From contig OX597823.1 in NCBI GenBank assembly GCA_951406725.2, positions 7,750,001-7,814,000 on the forward strand: a DNA stretch of 64,000 nt. The letters are read 5' to 3'. Positions 51,938-64,000 of this stretch are shown piece after piece (position 1 is the stretch's first letter; every line of letters starts with the position of its first letter). This stretch comes from Octopus vulgaris. Lineage: Eukaryota. Position numbers and translations under genes: made by a program. The notes below the pieces were generated by a model. That model was not told the origin of the DNA. It saw only the letters and a list, made by a program, of their open reading frames with translations, and did no database searches.

Positions 51938-53215
51938 CTATGGTATGAAACATAGATGTCTAGTTAAACGAATTCTTCGAGAGAATGATTTACCACAGAT
52001 ATCACAACGATATGGTTTCTCCCCAGTATGAATGCGCTGGTGTGTAATTGAATAACTGCGTTCAGCAAAAGATTTGCCACAAATATCACAGTGATATGGT
52101 TTCTCTCCTGTATGAATGCGTTTGTGTTTAGTTAAACCACCATTTAAAGAGAATGATTTACCACAGATATCACAGCTATATGGTTTCTCACCTGTATGAA
52201 TTCGTTTGTGTCTGGTTAAGTCACCATTTACAGAGAATGGTTTACCACAAATATCACAGGGATATGGTTTCTCTCCTGTATGAGTGCGTTTGTGTCTAAT
52301 TAAGTCACCATTTACTGAGAATGATTTACCACAAATATCACAGTCATATGGTTTTTCTCCTGTATGAATTCGCTTGTGTGTAGTTGTATAACTACTTTCA
52401 GAGAATGATTTACCACAAATATCACAGTGATATGGCTTTTCTCCTGTGTGAATACGTTTGTGTTTAGTTAAGTCACCACTTCTAGAGAATAATTTACCAC
52501 AAATATCACAGTGATATGGCTTATCTCCTGTATGCGTACGCTTGTGAGTAGTTAATTGACTTCTACCAGAGAATAATTTACCGCAGATATCACAGTGATA
52601 TGGTTTCTCTCCTGTATGAGTACGCTTGTGGAGAGTTAAAGTATTTATATGAGAGAATGATTTACCGCACATATCACAGTGATATGGCTTTTCACCAGTA
52701 TGAATGTGCTTGTGAGTAGCTAAAGAATTTCTGTGAGAAAATGATTTACCACAGATATCACACTGATAAGGTTTCTCTCCTGTATGAACACGTTTGTGCT
52801 TAATTAAGTGATCGTTTCGAGTGAATGATTTATCACAGATATCACAGTGATATGGCTTCTCTCCTGTATGAATGCGTTTGTGTATAGTTGAGTTACTACT
52901 TGAAGAAAATGTTTTACCACAGATATCACAGTGGTATGGGTGCTCTCCTGTATGAATATGTATGTGACTAATTAAACTGCTTCTTGCAGAGAATGCTTTA
53001 CCACAGATCTCACAGTGATATGGTTTTTCTCCTGTATGAATACGTCTGTGAGTAATTAAGTGATCATTTTGAGGGAATGATTTACCACAGACGTCACATT
53101 GATAGGGCTTCTCCCCTGTATGAATACGTTTGTGTTTACTGAGATTACCTTTATGAGAGAAAAATTTACCACAAATATTACAGGGGTATAATGATTCTTT
53201 TAACGCTTTTGGCAT
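51938..53215 (-). CDS. C2H2 zinc-finger protein B, 14 fingers plus a degenerate last finger
   Basis: Intact ORF; likely ATG at 53215 (MPKALKES); exon acceptor at about 53594. Confidence 0.95.
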   Translation of the reverse strand: MPKALKESLYPCNICGKFFSHKGNLSKHKRIHTGEKPYQCDVCGKSFPQNDHLITHRRIHTGEKPYHCEICGKAFSARSSLISHIHIHTGEHPYHCDICGKTFSSSSNSTIHKRIHTGEKPYHCDICDKSFTRNDHLIKHKRVHTGEKPYQCDICGKSFSHRNSLATHKHIHTGEKPYHCDMCGKSFSHINTLTLHKRTHTGEKPYHCDICGKLFSGRSQLTTHKRTHTGDKPYHCDICGKLFSRSGDLTKHKRIHTGEKPYHCDICGKSFSESSYTTTHKRIHTGEKPYDCDICGKSFSVNGDLIRHKRTHTGEKPYPCDICGKPFSVNGDLTRHKRIHTGEKPYSCDICGKSFSLNGGLTKHKRIHTGEKPYHCDICGKSFAERSYSITHQRIHTGEKPYRCDICGKSFSRRIRLTRHLCFIP

Positions 53216-53819
53216 TTCTTCAAGCAAAAAACAAATCAATTCTTTAAGGTTTACACATATTTCATTGTATGTTCTTTCTTTACGGACCTGAATATATGGA
53301 TATATTTCTTGATTTTGTTTTTATAGTTTATTCCTGTCAAATATATCAGCTGTTAAATTTCTATCAACATGTGATCTTTGTTGATACCTGTTGACAGTTG
53401 AAAAATCCTTTGTCAATATGTCCAAGTTTAATTAAAATACATACTCATCATTCAAGACAGCTATGTAGACAAACATTGCTGATAACCTGACTCAGAAGAA
53501 ATATGTCAGAAATTCTTCCTCTGATCTTTTAAAGATAGTAAATATTGATGATCTGGGATAAAATATTCCTTACAGCCAATTTCATCTGATATTCTGAAAT
53601 ATGAGAGAAACAGTAGAGAAGTAAAGATTGTATAGTAAAGATTTTTATGTTTCTGTATAGATAAACTATTGCTTTAAACATTTACCTGAACAAACTTTTT
53701 ATTTATTTAATTGATTCATTTAAACATCTGTGTTATGTAAAGAAAGCCATAACAGAATATGGTACTAAATACTCAATTAGTAGAATGAAAATTTAAATTT
53801 AAATCTTTTCAAATTGGTT

Positions 53820-54332
53820 TCAGTGCATCCATGCTGCCAACAAAGCGCGCGGAATTCTGTTTTTGATTCGACGGTCATTCGGAATGCTCACAGCAGCCAT
53901 ATTCCTGCCACTCTATGTCACGCTGGTGAGACCCATATTGGAGTATGGGATTCAAGCCTCTTCTCCTTATCTCCTCAAAGACATACAGTACCTCGAAAGA
54001 GTCCAGAGGCTGGCTACCCACATGGTTCATGGTCTCAAAAATTTGTCCTACGAAGAAAGGCTGAGGACGCTCGACCTTTATTCTCTTGAAAAACGCCGCC
54101 GCCGTGGTGATCTCATTCTCGCCCACAACATCATAAGCGGGAAGTGTAACCTCTCGAAAGAGCTGTTCTTCACTCCTGCTCCGGAGCGTCGGCTGCGGGG
54201 TCATTCCGAAAAGCTCTACCTGCGACGATTTCATCTCAATCGAAGGAGAGGAGCTTTCTCCGTCCAGGTTGCGGATCCGTGGAACAAGCTGCCAGACGAG
54301 ATGGTGAAGATGCCGACGACCGCTTTGTTCAA
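53820..54332 (+). mobile_element. CR1-group LINE ORF2 C-terminal fragment, GC-rich
   Basis: LYVTLVRPILEYG...LERVQRLAT...SLEKRRRRGDLI...LRGHS...WNKLP. Confidence 0.85.
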
Positions 54333-55500
54333 AGTTGAACCATCCAACCCATGCCAGCATGGAGAACGGACGTTACAAAAAGTAATGTGACCACACAAAT
54401 CCATACATGGAGTTAGTTTTACCTGGATTGCCTCAAGGATTGAAATTTTAAATACAAACAATGAACAATCTGATGTGGACCAGGGGAAACATTACAATGA
54501 AAAGAAATGTATTTCTTTGCCTGAAAAGTACACTGAAAAGCCATCAGGAAAAAAACTGAGTTACCTTTGTCACACAAAGGGTGTGTGTGTGTGTGCTTTT
54601 TTGATACTCTCACAAGAACAATTAACAGGAACGGTGGCTGACATCTGGATCACAGATTTACATGTAGAGATGCACAAAGCACACAGTGCTATTTGTCTGA
54701 TATTCAGGAGTGTAGAAAAGTAGAATTTGTGTGCAAAACATACCCCAACTAAAACTTGACCATATGCAGTATATGGAGCAGTGCAAGGCAAAAGTAACAG
54801 GCAGGAATATATAAGCCCTGGTTTATTGTTGCTTTTGTAAAGCAATATGGATAGGCATTTGGTTTACTAATGAGAAGAAATTACATGTAGTTGGGAGGGG
54901 TCAGCATAGACTTCCAAGTCTTAATGACCTTCCAGAATCACAAAGCCATTTTGGAATTGTACCCTATGGTGAATGCAAAAGACAGTATAGGGCAGAAAAC
55001 CCAGTTATTACAGTTGTAGCAGTGAAATGTACTGGAGGGCTTTTGGTCCCTGTATAAACAGAAAAAGATTTAGCAGCATCAAAAAGCTGCTGTTCTAGAA
55101 ACACCATCACTTGTGCCACAAGTTGTCAGCTTGGAAAATGGTGAGAAAGAGAAGAAAAAAAGTGGGGGATGGGGTTGAACAACAGGCCTTTCAGAAAGCT
55201 TCCAGGAATATAATGAAAAGGCTGAACTCTGAGACTCTTACATGGTTTTATGGTTATCAGAAATAGCAATAAGAGATAGCCTGCATTGTTATGAGCTGGA
55301 GGTAACTTAGGCAACCAGTTTGGATGGAACAGGAGTTAATGCAATACAATCTAAAGCATGCAGATCAAAATATCAGTGAAGTCCACACAAAAATGTTTAT
55401 GAATGAGTAAAACACTTTTGTCAAGAAGATACAGGTCCATTCTTAGATGAACCAATTCAAAAGATGCTCATGAATGATTTTAGTGATTTCAGGAAATATA

Positions 55501-56726
55501 TTGTGTTGGCAAGAAAGTAATTTCGTTTTTCACAAATAGTTAGAGTTATGATTTTTTTGAATGGCTTTTGTCAGTGTTATGATTTTTTTTCTTTTGACAT
55601 TTGATAGCCATTACGTCTAGCTTACTTCAGAACCAAATTGTGCGTAATTTTGTTTACCGCTGTTAGTTCAGTGTCAATTTCAACATGGAGTGCAAAAACG
55701 AACATTTCCGCCATATTTTGCTTTTTAATTTCTGTAAAGTAAGAAAGCTGTTGAGGCTTACAAAGAAATACGTGAAGTTTACGGTGTTGATTGCTTAACA
55801 GGACACACATGTCAGAAATGGTTTTAAAAATTATTTTCTGGAAATTTTTCACTCAAAGTTCATGATGAATAAATCAAAGCCATAACTGAATCTGACTGTC
55901 ATATAACTGTGCAAGAGATTGCAGAGAGGTTAAATATACCACACAGAACAACTGAAAATCTTTTAAAATGTCTTGGACTTGTTAAAAAGCTTGATATTTG
56001 GGTTCCACATAAATTGAAAGAGATTCACTGAACACAACAAATCAATATTTGTGATATGCATCTCAAACACAATGAAATTGATCTGAAACAAATCATCACT
56101 AGTGATGAAAACTGGATTGTCTACAATAACCTCAGTCAAAAACGATCATTGTCCAAGCATAATGAACCAGCACAAACCTCATTAAAAACTGGATTGCATC
56201 ACGAAATGATCATGCTGTCAATTTGGTGGGATTACAAAGGTGTTGTGTATTTTGTGCTGCTTCAAGGAACCAAATGATCAATTCGGATGTTTACTGTCAA
56301 CAACTAATGAAATTGGAGGAAGCAATCGAAGAAAAACGGCCAGAATTGGCAAAACGTAAAGGAATGATATTCCACCTTGGCAATGCTAGACCACACATAT
56401 CTTTGCTAAATTGTGAAAAATTATTGGAGCTTGGTTTTGAAGTGATGTCGTATCCAGCATATAGCCATGACCTTGCACCATCAGATTACCATTTATTTCA
56501 AAAGTTGCAAAATTCGTTGAATGGTAAAACTTGCACTCGCTTTAGTTTTTGGCTGATAAAGACCAGAAATTCTTTGAGCACAGAATCATGAAGTTGCCAG
56601 AAAGATGGCAAAAGGTCATCGAACAAAGTGGAAAATATATAATTGATTAAAGTTTATTCTTTGTATGAAAAAAAAATTACTTTTATTTCACACTAAACAA
56701 CCGAAATTATTTCCTTGCCAACTCAA
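55501..56726 (+). mobile_element. Mariner transposon fossil
   Basis: TA-flanked TIRs ttgtgttggcaag / cttgccaactcaa; WVPHKL, TSDENW, NARPH, YSHDLAPSDYHLF with frameshifts. Confidence 0.9.
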
Positions 56727-58101
56727 TACAATGTCAGGTGGGCAAGAAGAAATGTGGACGTGCTCTGACTCAACAAGTGGGTCATTACCTGTATATAAGC
56801 TAGGTAACCATAAATGTCCTTGTGCCACAATTACTTTTATTTTTTATTTCAATTCTTAATCTATATATTGTGTTATGTTCTCATCCTCGTCATTATATAA
56901 CCTTGATCAGCTCCACGTATATAGTAAAAATACGTCCTTCAACACATTTTATTGTATCTCTCTAGCCCTTGTGGCTAATAAAGAAAATATTTTAAATATA
57001 TTTTTTGTTTCTACTTTCGATGATTTATAGTTACTATTTAGAAATATTGTAATTGTTGTTGACATGGACATTGCCAAATATCATATTGGCAAGCTATTAA
57101 TTTATGCCTTATAGATTCCTGTTAATTAATGACCAGGAATTGATCAATCCTCCGTGAAAAAGAAAAAAAAGCTACTCATTTGAGTGGAAGTATACCTTAA
57201 ATAGCTTAATGTATTTTCAGTGTTAAAAATCGATTCATTAAATATTTCTTTAAATTAAGAGATTTGGATTATGGAAATGAACTATATTTTAAAAGGTTCA
57301 AATGGTAATATAATTAAAGATGCTAGGCTGAAAAAGAGGGAGAATGACGTCGTCTACTAATACCGAAAGACTGCCGGATCAAATTACTGACCATTTATGT
57401 TTTCCCATTTCATTACAATTGTACATAACCAGCTTTCTCAGTCGCTACTGAGTGGATCTAGCATTATAATCATTACCATCTAATCCTACTGTCGAGTATT
57501 TATATTTAATGTGGATTACAACGATAAGTCCTGTACCCGGGTCTTCTTTGCCTACATCAGCTACACTATACCTTCTCAAAATACATATTTTTGGTTAAAG
57601 AACTGAAAACTATCAGAAATGTTGCTATCAAAGTCAGGGCGCAGTTAATAACGTGGGTAGTTATAAAATAATACATTTTGTTCTTTATTACGAATTCTAC
57701 AATCGTTTCAGTAAAAACTATAATTCATTAACGTGTTCATATAATTTAGAATACAACCAGTTTCTATATCTAGTACATTAACCACTGAGGAAAATTTAGT
57801 AACCTCAAACAGTTCCAGCGACCGACTCATTAAGACTCAGTCCTAAACGAATAAATATTCCTATGATCAAATGTAGGCTGTTTGAGTAAATTGAGTAAAT
57901 TTACGACAAAGACACGGTATAACTGAATGATACAATGTAAAAGTAGGAAATATACCTTATCAGTGGAATTTCGTTGACAGAAACGGTACAGATGTGCGTA
58001 GAACTAGCAACCTTACTGCAAGCACCACAGTCAAAGGGGAAAATACGACGAACTATGTTAATTAAGAGGACCGGTGTTCATTGTATGGTGCTTGCCTGTC
58101 G

Positions 58102-58109
58102 TGACGTCA
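58102..58109. promoter_or_regulatory. CRE palindrome TGACGTCA in the probable ZNF-B/ZNF-C divergent promoter region
   Basis: Exact consensus in CpG-richer non-repeat sequence between the head-to-head genes. Confidence 0.4.
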
Positions 58110-58269
58110 TGAAAACATATTTCGATGCTAATTGCGAGAAATCATTTTTTTCGGTTATATTTCTAGAATATCTATAAATTTCCTTTTAATTGTATATAAA
58201 AATTTATATACACATTCTTTTACTTGTTTCTGTCAATTTAACCACGGCCATGCTGAAGCACATCTCTCT

Positions 58270-58282
58270 CACACACACACAC

Positions 58283-58313
<31 letters not shown>

Positions 58314-58519
58314 TATATCTATATATACATATATATACACGCGCGCGCATATATATATATATACACGCGCGCGTGTATATATACATATATATACACACGC
58401 GTGCATAAATATATATATATATATATACACGCGCGTATATATATTTATATATATATACACACGCGCGCATATATATATACACACACACACGTGCATATAT
58501 ATACACACACACGCGTGCA

Positions 58520-58562
<43 letters not shown>

Positions 58563-58587
58563 GCGCGTGCGCACACACACACACACA
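58270..58587. repeat. Compound alternating purine-pyrimidine tract (TA/CA/CG)
   Basis: About 320 bp of almost unbroken RY alternation. Confidence 0.9.
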
Positions 58588-60092
58588 GTGCTTTATCACC
58601 TGACCAAAGAAGCTGACCAATGAAAATCTAATAATTTATCTTCTGCGGTCTGTTTACCTTAGCAGTCACTTCTTATCACCATTTCCCATTCATTATAATT
58701 CCTTTCATTACTTCTGCATTCATCAGTTTTTCCTCTAATTTTTCTGTCTACCAAATTCTACTGGCGAGGTATTTTTCTCTTTTTAATACGTTATCATTCC
58801 CTGTTATACCGTGAGGATTACTACTACATGTTATTACTTCTGAGTAAACAGTTTCTGTTAATTAAATTTTCCTCTCCCTGCCTGTGTAACAATCCTTCTT
58901 TAATTTCAGTTGCTCAACAAAAGTTAATTAGCTTAATCAATTACAATGATGAGAACGAAGATCTGGTTACTTTTCCCCATTTTAACCGTCATTAAATCAC
59001 TGAAGAGAAATACATAGACTAGATTTTTTTAATTAATGTAATTTCTTCGTTCATCAAAATATTTTTGTTTGATCTGCCATAAAAATTGCAGCATCGTTGA
59101 AAACAACTTGCTGAACAATCGGTTCACGTTTCTGGAGGTACAAGAATATTATCTGGAAATGAAATCGTGAAAAGAATGTCCTTTTTTACTGGTCTCCTTT
59201 TACTTGTATAGTTATTAATAACAATAAGTTATCTATCGAACGAATTTGATCCTTCTAAAATCCAATTAATTTTCGTAACACCGAATTTATAAATTATCGG
59301 TTTAACAGGGGAAAAAGCTACAGTTAACAAGGGAAGAACAATTAGAATATTTTAAAATCAGAAATGAAGGAAATAAAGAATTTAATATTGAAAGGGATTG
59401 TATTAACAACTGGATCATTTTATGCCAATGAATCAAATTTAGACAAGTTGCTTGGAATTCTCAACATATTAGTAAAAATATTAGCTTTAATCTGTTATGG
59501 TTTTATGTAATGTACAATGGTAGGGAATAAAAGCTTTTTTTAGATTCTACAAGAGAAATGTCATAGGCAAACGGATAACGTTCCCACTAGTTTATGTAAT
59601 TTTAGTTAAACGTTATCTATAGTTTATTGGTATAGAAATGCAGTAAAAATTCTTTTGTTGAATCATTACTTTAATTATTCTCTATATCTCTGTTCCTCTC
59701 ATATTTCAGAATATCAAATGACATTCGTATCAAGGAATACTACTAAATTTAAACCAAAGGAAGATGTATTATATAAAAAAAAGATGTAACCATGTTTATA
59801 CATATCTATGGAAGAATTACAGTGAAATATTCTGAGATTATCAACATTTTTCTGCTTTGCTGTTTGGAAAAATGATTTTGCAGTCGAATTAAAGCTGAGC
59901 TAATTTGCAAAGGAGTTTACAAACATCTTCAGAGATCATTAAACATCATGTTGTTGGATTGGAAATATTGCAGCTGATACATTTGTTATGAATAAATTAT
60001 AAAAAGAAAAACAAATATATTCACATATTCTGGTTTATGAAAAAAAGATTATATCGTGAATAAATTTAGTGCAAACTTTTTCCCATGAAGAA

Positions 60093-61472
60093 ATGCCAAA
60101 AACATTAACAACATCATCATACTTCTGTGATATCTGCGGTAAATCGTTCTCTCAAAAAGGTAACCTTACTAAACATAAACGTATTCATACCGGAGAGAAG
60201 CCCTATCAGTGCGATGTCTGTAGTAAATCATTCCCTCAAAATGATCATTTAATTACTCACAGACGTATTCATACAGGAGAAAAACCATACCACTGTGAGA
60301 TCTGTGGTAAAGCATTCTCTGCAAGAAGCAGTTTAATTAGTCACATACATGTTCATACAGGAGAACACCCATATCACTGTGATATCTGTGGTAAAACATT
60401 TTCTTCAAGTAGTAACTCAACTATACACAAACGCATTCATACAGGAGAGAAACCTTATCACTGTGACATTTGTGGCAAATCATTCGCTCGAAACGATCAC
60501 TTAATTAAGCACAAACGTGTTCATACAGGAGAGAAACCTTATCAGTGTGATATCTGTGGTAAATCATTTTCTCACAGAAATTCTTTAGCTACTCACAAGC
60601 ACATTCATACTGGAGAGAAACCATATCACTGTGATATGTGTGGTAAATCATTTTCTCATATAGCTAGCTTAACTCTCCACAAACGTACTCATACAGGAGA
60701 GAAACCATATCACTGTGATATCTGCGGTAAATCATTCTCTGGTAGAAGTCAATTAACTGCTCACAAACGTATTCATACTGGTGAGAGCCCATATCACTGT
60801 GATATCTGCGGTAAATCATTCACTAGAAGTGTTGACTTGAGTAAACATAAGCGTATTCATACAGGAGAAAAGCCATATCACTGTGATATTTGTGGTAAAT
60901 CATTCTCTGAAAGTAGTTATTCAGCTACACACAGACGGATTCATACAGGAGAAAGACCATATCACTGTGATATCTGTGGTAAATCATTCTATGGAAGCAG
61001 TCATTTAACTAAACACAAACGCATTCATACAGGAGAGAAGCCATATCCATGTGATATCTGTGGTAAAGCATTCTCTAGAAGTGGTGACTTGACTAAACAC
61101 AAACGAATTCATACAGGAGAGAAACCGTATTGCTGTCACATCTGTGGTAAATCATTCTCTCTAAATGGTGATTTAACTAAACACAAACGCATTCATACAG
61201 GAGAGAAACCATATCATTGTGATATCTGTGGTAAATCATTCTCTGAAGGAAGTTATTCAATTAGGCACAAAAGGGTTCACACAGGAGAGAAACCATATCA
61301 TTGTGGTATCTGTGGTAAATCATTCTCTCAAAAAGGTCATTTAACTACTCACATGCGCATTCATACAGGAGAAAAACCATATCATTGCGATGTCTGTGAT
61401 AAATCATTCCCCCAAAAAAGTCACTTAAATGCACATGCATGTATCTACATGGAAGAGAAATTACACATTTAG
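60093..61472 (+). CDS. C2H2 zinc-finger protein C, 15 fingers plus a degenerate last finger
   Basis: Intact ORF; likely ATG at 60093 (MPKTLTTS); exon acceptor tttcag ending at 59709. Confidence 0.95.
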   Translation: MPKTLTTSSYFCDICGKSFSQKGNLTKHKRIHTGEKPYQCDVCSKSFPQNDHLITHRRIHTGEKPYHCEICGKAFSARSSLISHIHVHTGEHPYHCDICGKTFSSSSNSTIHKRIHTGEKPYHCDICGKSFARNDHLIKHKRVHTGEKPYQCDICGKSFSHRNSLATHKHIHTGEKPYHCDMCGKSFSHIASLTLHKRTHTGEKPYHCDICGKSFSGRSQLTAHKRIHTGESPYHCDICGKSFTRSVDLSKHKRIHTGEKPYHCDICGKSFSESSYSATHRRIHTGERPYHCDICGKSFYGSSHLTKHKRIHTGEKPYPCDICGKAFSRSGDLTKHKRIHTGEKPYCCHICGKSFSLNGDLTKHKRIHTGEKPYHCDICGKSFSEGSYSIRHKRVHTGEKPYHCGICGKSFSQKGHLTTHMRIHTGEKPYHCDVCDKSFPQKSHLNAHACIYMEEKLHI

Positions 61473-61482
61473 TGGCTGTTAA

Positions 61483-61702
61483 CCCTTTCGTTACTGTATA
61501 TATTTTGAGATGCTCTGTGTTTCTTTCAATTACTTTAAATATAACAAAGAATTTAGTAAAATAACTTATTTATCATTTAGCTACTGTTAGGAACATAAAT
61601 TGTGACTAAGGTTTGGTGGGAGATTTTAATTCAAAACTTATGAAAACAAGACATTTGTACTCAGATCCAGGGCCGGTTTCAGCCGGGTTGGTCACAAAAG
61701 GG
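61483..61702. mobile_element. piggyBac-type MITE in the ZNF-C 3' UTR
   Basis: TTAA flanks, CCCTTT TIRs, reverse complement of 21369-21580. Confidence 0.85.
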
Positions 61703-62328
61703 TTAAAGGACATTCTGTAGTAAAATTATTTTATCTAACCATGCATTTATTTATACAGGAAAGAAAAGGCTGTGCTTATATTTTATGTAATTTCTACTAT
61801 AGTAAGAAAACATAGCATTGTGTTATTTGTAATAAAAGCATTCTTCCAGGATATTCACAAGAATTTCACCTAACATATTTTCAGAAGATAGAAAAGACAC
61901 CTTTGATATTTGACATTGTTGGTACACCTATGAACTTATTCAATGTTCAGTGCACCATATGCACTACTTAATTTTTGTTCAAATTATTTTTCTCATAAGT
62001 ATAATTATTAATGTTTTGAATGGTGACACTTTCTTGTGGAGTAATCAAGGAACGTTGTCAGGAAAAAGATTGTGTGCAGAAATGTAACCAATAGAATAGG
62101 TAGAAAAGAGGATTTATTAAGAGTAACTAGAGAGAGAGAGAGAAAAGAATGTATGAAGTTGGAAACTGTGATAATGTGTAATAAGGAATAAGAAATGAAA
62201 GTCTAGGAGTAATGATGAGAGGCAAGATATAATGAAATATGTAATAAAGGAGAGACACTGGTAGCAGCTGCATGTTTGCATGTAAAAGAGGACAAATGAT
62301 GGATGTAGAAGTAGTGTTCAGAGCGTGT

Positions 62329-63010
62329 TCATCATCATCATCATCGTTTAACGTCCGCTTTCCATGCTAGCATGGGTTGGACGGTTCAACTGGGGTCTGG
62401 GAAACCCGAAGGCTGCACCAGGCCAGTCAGATCTAGCAGATTTTCTACAGCTGGATGCCCTTCCTAACACCAACCACTCCGTGAGTGTAGTGGGTGCTTT
62501 TTATGTGCCACCGACACAGGTGCCAGACAAGGCTGGCGAACGGCCACGCTCGGATGGTGTTTTTTTGTGCCACCGACACAGGTGCCTGAACGAGGCTGGC
62601 GAACGGCCACGCTCAGATGGTGTTTGTTACGTGCCCACAGCACAGAGGCTGGCACAGCCACGATCGGATGGTGTTTGTTACGTACCACCAGCACGGAGGC
62701 CAGTTGATGCGGTGCTGGCTACGGCCACATTCGGATTGTCTTATGTGCCACCAGCACTGGTACCACAAAAATACAAATTCCATTGATGTTCATCGATTTT
62801 GATTTGATTTGATTTGATTTTCACTTGCCTCAACAGGTCTTCACAAGTAGAGTTATGTGTCCCAAGAAGAAAGGTATGCACAGGTGGACTGACTACGTCC
62901 CAGGTAGGGGCCATGGGTTATGGCCTCACGTGTCCTGCCGGGTCTTCTCGCGCACAGCATACTTCCAAAGGTCTCGGTCTCTGGTCATTTCCTCGGTGAG
63001 ACCTAAAGCA
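62329..63010 (-). mobile_element. RTE 3' end including the ORF C-terminus
   Basis: LGLTEEMTRDRDLWKYAVREKTRQDT*, then (AAATC)n, tandem units, core and (GAT)n. Confidence 0.85.
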
Positions 63011-63349
63011 CAAATGTTGGATGTCAGTAATAAGTGATCTGGGGTAGAGGGTGTAGCAGTGTACAAATTTTGAGGTAATACTAAATATTAAAGGAGAACA
63101 TGCATGATGGTAAGAATGACCTGAGGGAATGCCTGCAGCAAATGGCGAGGTACACCAGTTACCAACAGATCAAATGCAATTCCTCATTACTCTGGCGGCA
63201 TTGTGATTGGGGAGAGGCACTTGTGGCAGCCACGTTTGTTGATGAATGTTGAGTAGTTGTAGAAATGACAGATGGCATGGTGCAGTGAACAGGGAAAGGA
63301 AACAGCAGAAAGATTCAGCAGGAAAATAGGTTGAATACCCCAGTTATAT

Positions 63350-63743
63350 AGGCGCAGGAGTGGCTGTGTGGTAAGTAGCTTGCTTACCAACCACATGGTT
63401 CCGGGTTCAGTCCCACTGCGTGGCACCTTATGTAAGTGTCTACTATAGCCTCAGGCCGACCAAAGTCTTATGAGTGGATTTGGTAGACGGAAACTGAAAG
63501 AAGCCCATCGTATACATGTATATATATGTATGTGTGTCTGTGTTTGTCCTCCCAACATCGCTTGGCAACCAATGCTGGTGTGTTTATGTCCCTGTAAATT
63601 AGCAGTTCAGCAAAAAAGAGACCGATAAAATAAGTACTAAGCTTACAAAGAATATGTCCTGGGGTCGATTTGATCGACTAAAGGCGGTGCTCCAGCATGG
63701 CCACAGTCACATGACTGAAACAAGTAAAAGAGAGAGTAAAGAG
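63350..63743 (+). mobile_element. SINE family A
   Basis: Full-length copy. Confidence 0.85.
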
Positions 63744-64000
63744 TATATGCATTATTATATATCCCCACCTTTATCACCACATTTTAACGTCTGTTTTGTC
63801 CTGTTTGTGTGAGAAGACTTTTTCATGAGCAGCAACATCTTGAACTCAATCTTAACCACTTTGCCCCAAGGCTTTCTTGCTCTCCCACCTCCACAGGCTC
63901 TATTGAAATCAAGTTCACTTTTATATTTCTCTCAAAATATCAAAATTTGACATGAAATGCAACTTGACATTTTTCATTTTCATTTTAAAACTGGCTACAT

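Noticed and set aside
53216-53239. ORF-track N-terminal extensions of ZNF-B (and 60069-60092 of ZNF-C)
   Set aside because: They begin at TTG/GTG; the aligned ATG shared by all three paralogues is 8 codons downstream.
53863-54390. 175-aa ORF as a host gene or zinc-finger effector exon
   Set aside because: It is a CR1-group ORF2 C-terminal fragment, antisense to ZNF-B and upstream of its coding exon, with no ATG start and no RT core.
54500-55330. Possible Gypsy-like pol remnant
   Set aside because: Only vague motif resemblance and no LTRs; too degenerate to support by eye.
58132-58623. Long Y/I/H/T-rich ORFs (also 523-838 and 31323-31643)
   Set aside because: Translation of dinucleotide microsatellites.
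58690-58735. Second hammerhead on the minus strand (CTGATGA...GAAA)
   Set aside because: No convincing stem II or stem III pairing and no cleavage triplet in place.

Overview
Eukaryotic, AT-rich, repeat-saturated genomic DNA. The repeat families and the finger-only C2H2 cluster suggest a coleoid cephalopod such as Octopus (inference). Genes: (1) a minus-strand multi-exon TMEM241/SLC35D4-like gene missed by the ORF track. Six coding exons between 19493 and 4365 splice in frame, the 3' end runs off the left edge, and a probable non-coding leader extends to about 31.9 kb. (2) Three paralogous tandem C2H2 zinc-finger genes with no effector domain (38364-39647 -, 51938-53215 -, 60093-61472 +); the last two are head-to-head. 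The rest is mostly mobile DNA: RTE LINE remnants with many 5'-truncated (GAT)n-tailed 3' ends, three SINE families, five non-autonomous Helitrons, mariner/Tc1/hAT fossils, piggyBac-type MITEs, CR1-like and R4/Dong-like fragments, and a 21 x 37 bp minisatellite. Best leads: a retrozyme/Penelope-like partial tandem with a candidate type I hammerhead ribozyme (864-1504); a 'constant N-terminal block + variable C-terminal block' finger architecture with probable gene conversion; and an upstream ATG at the same position in the coding exon of all three zinc-finger genes. All calls were made by eye, without database searches.
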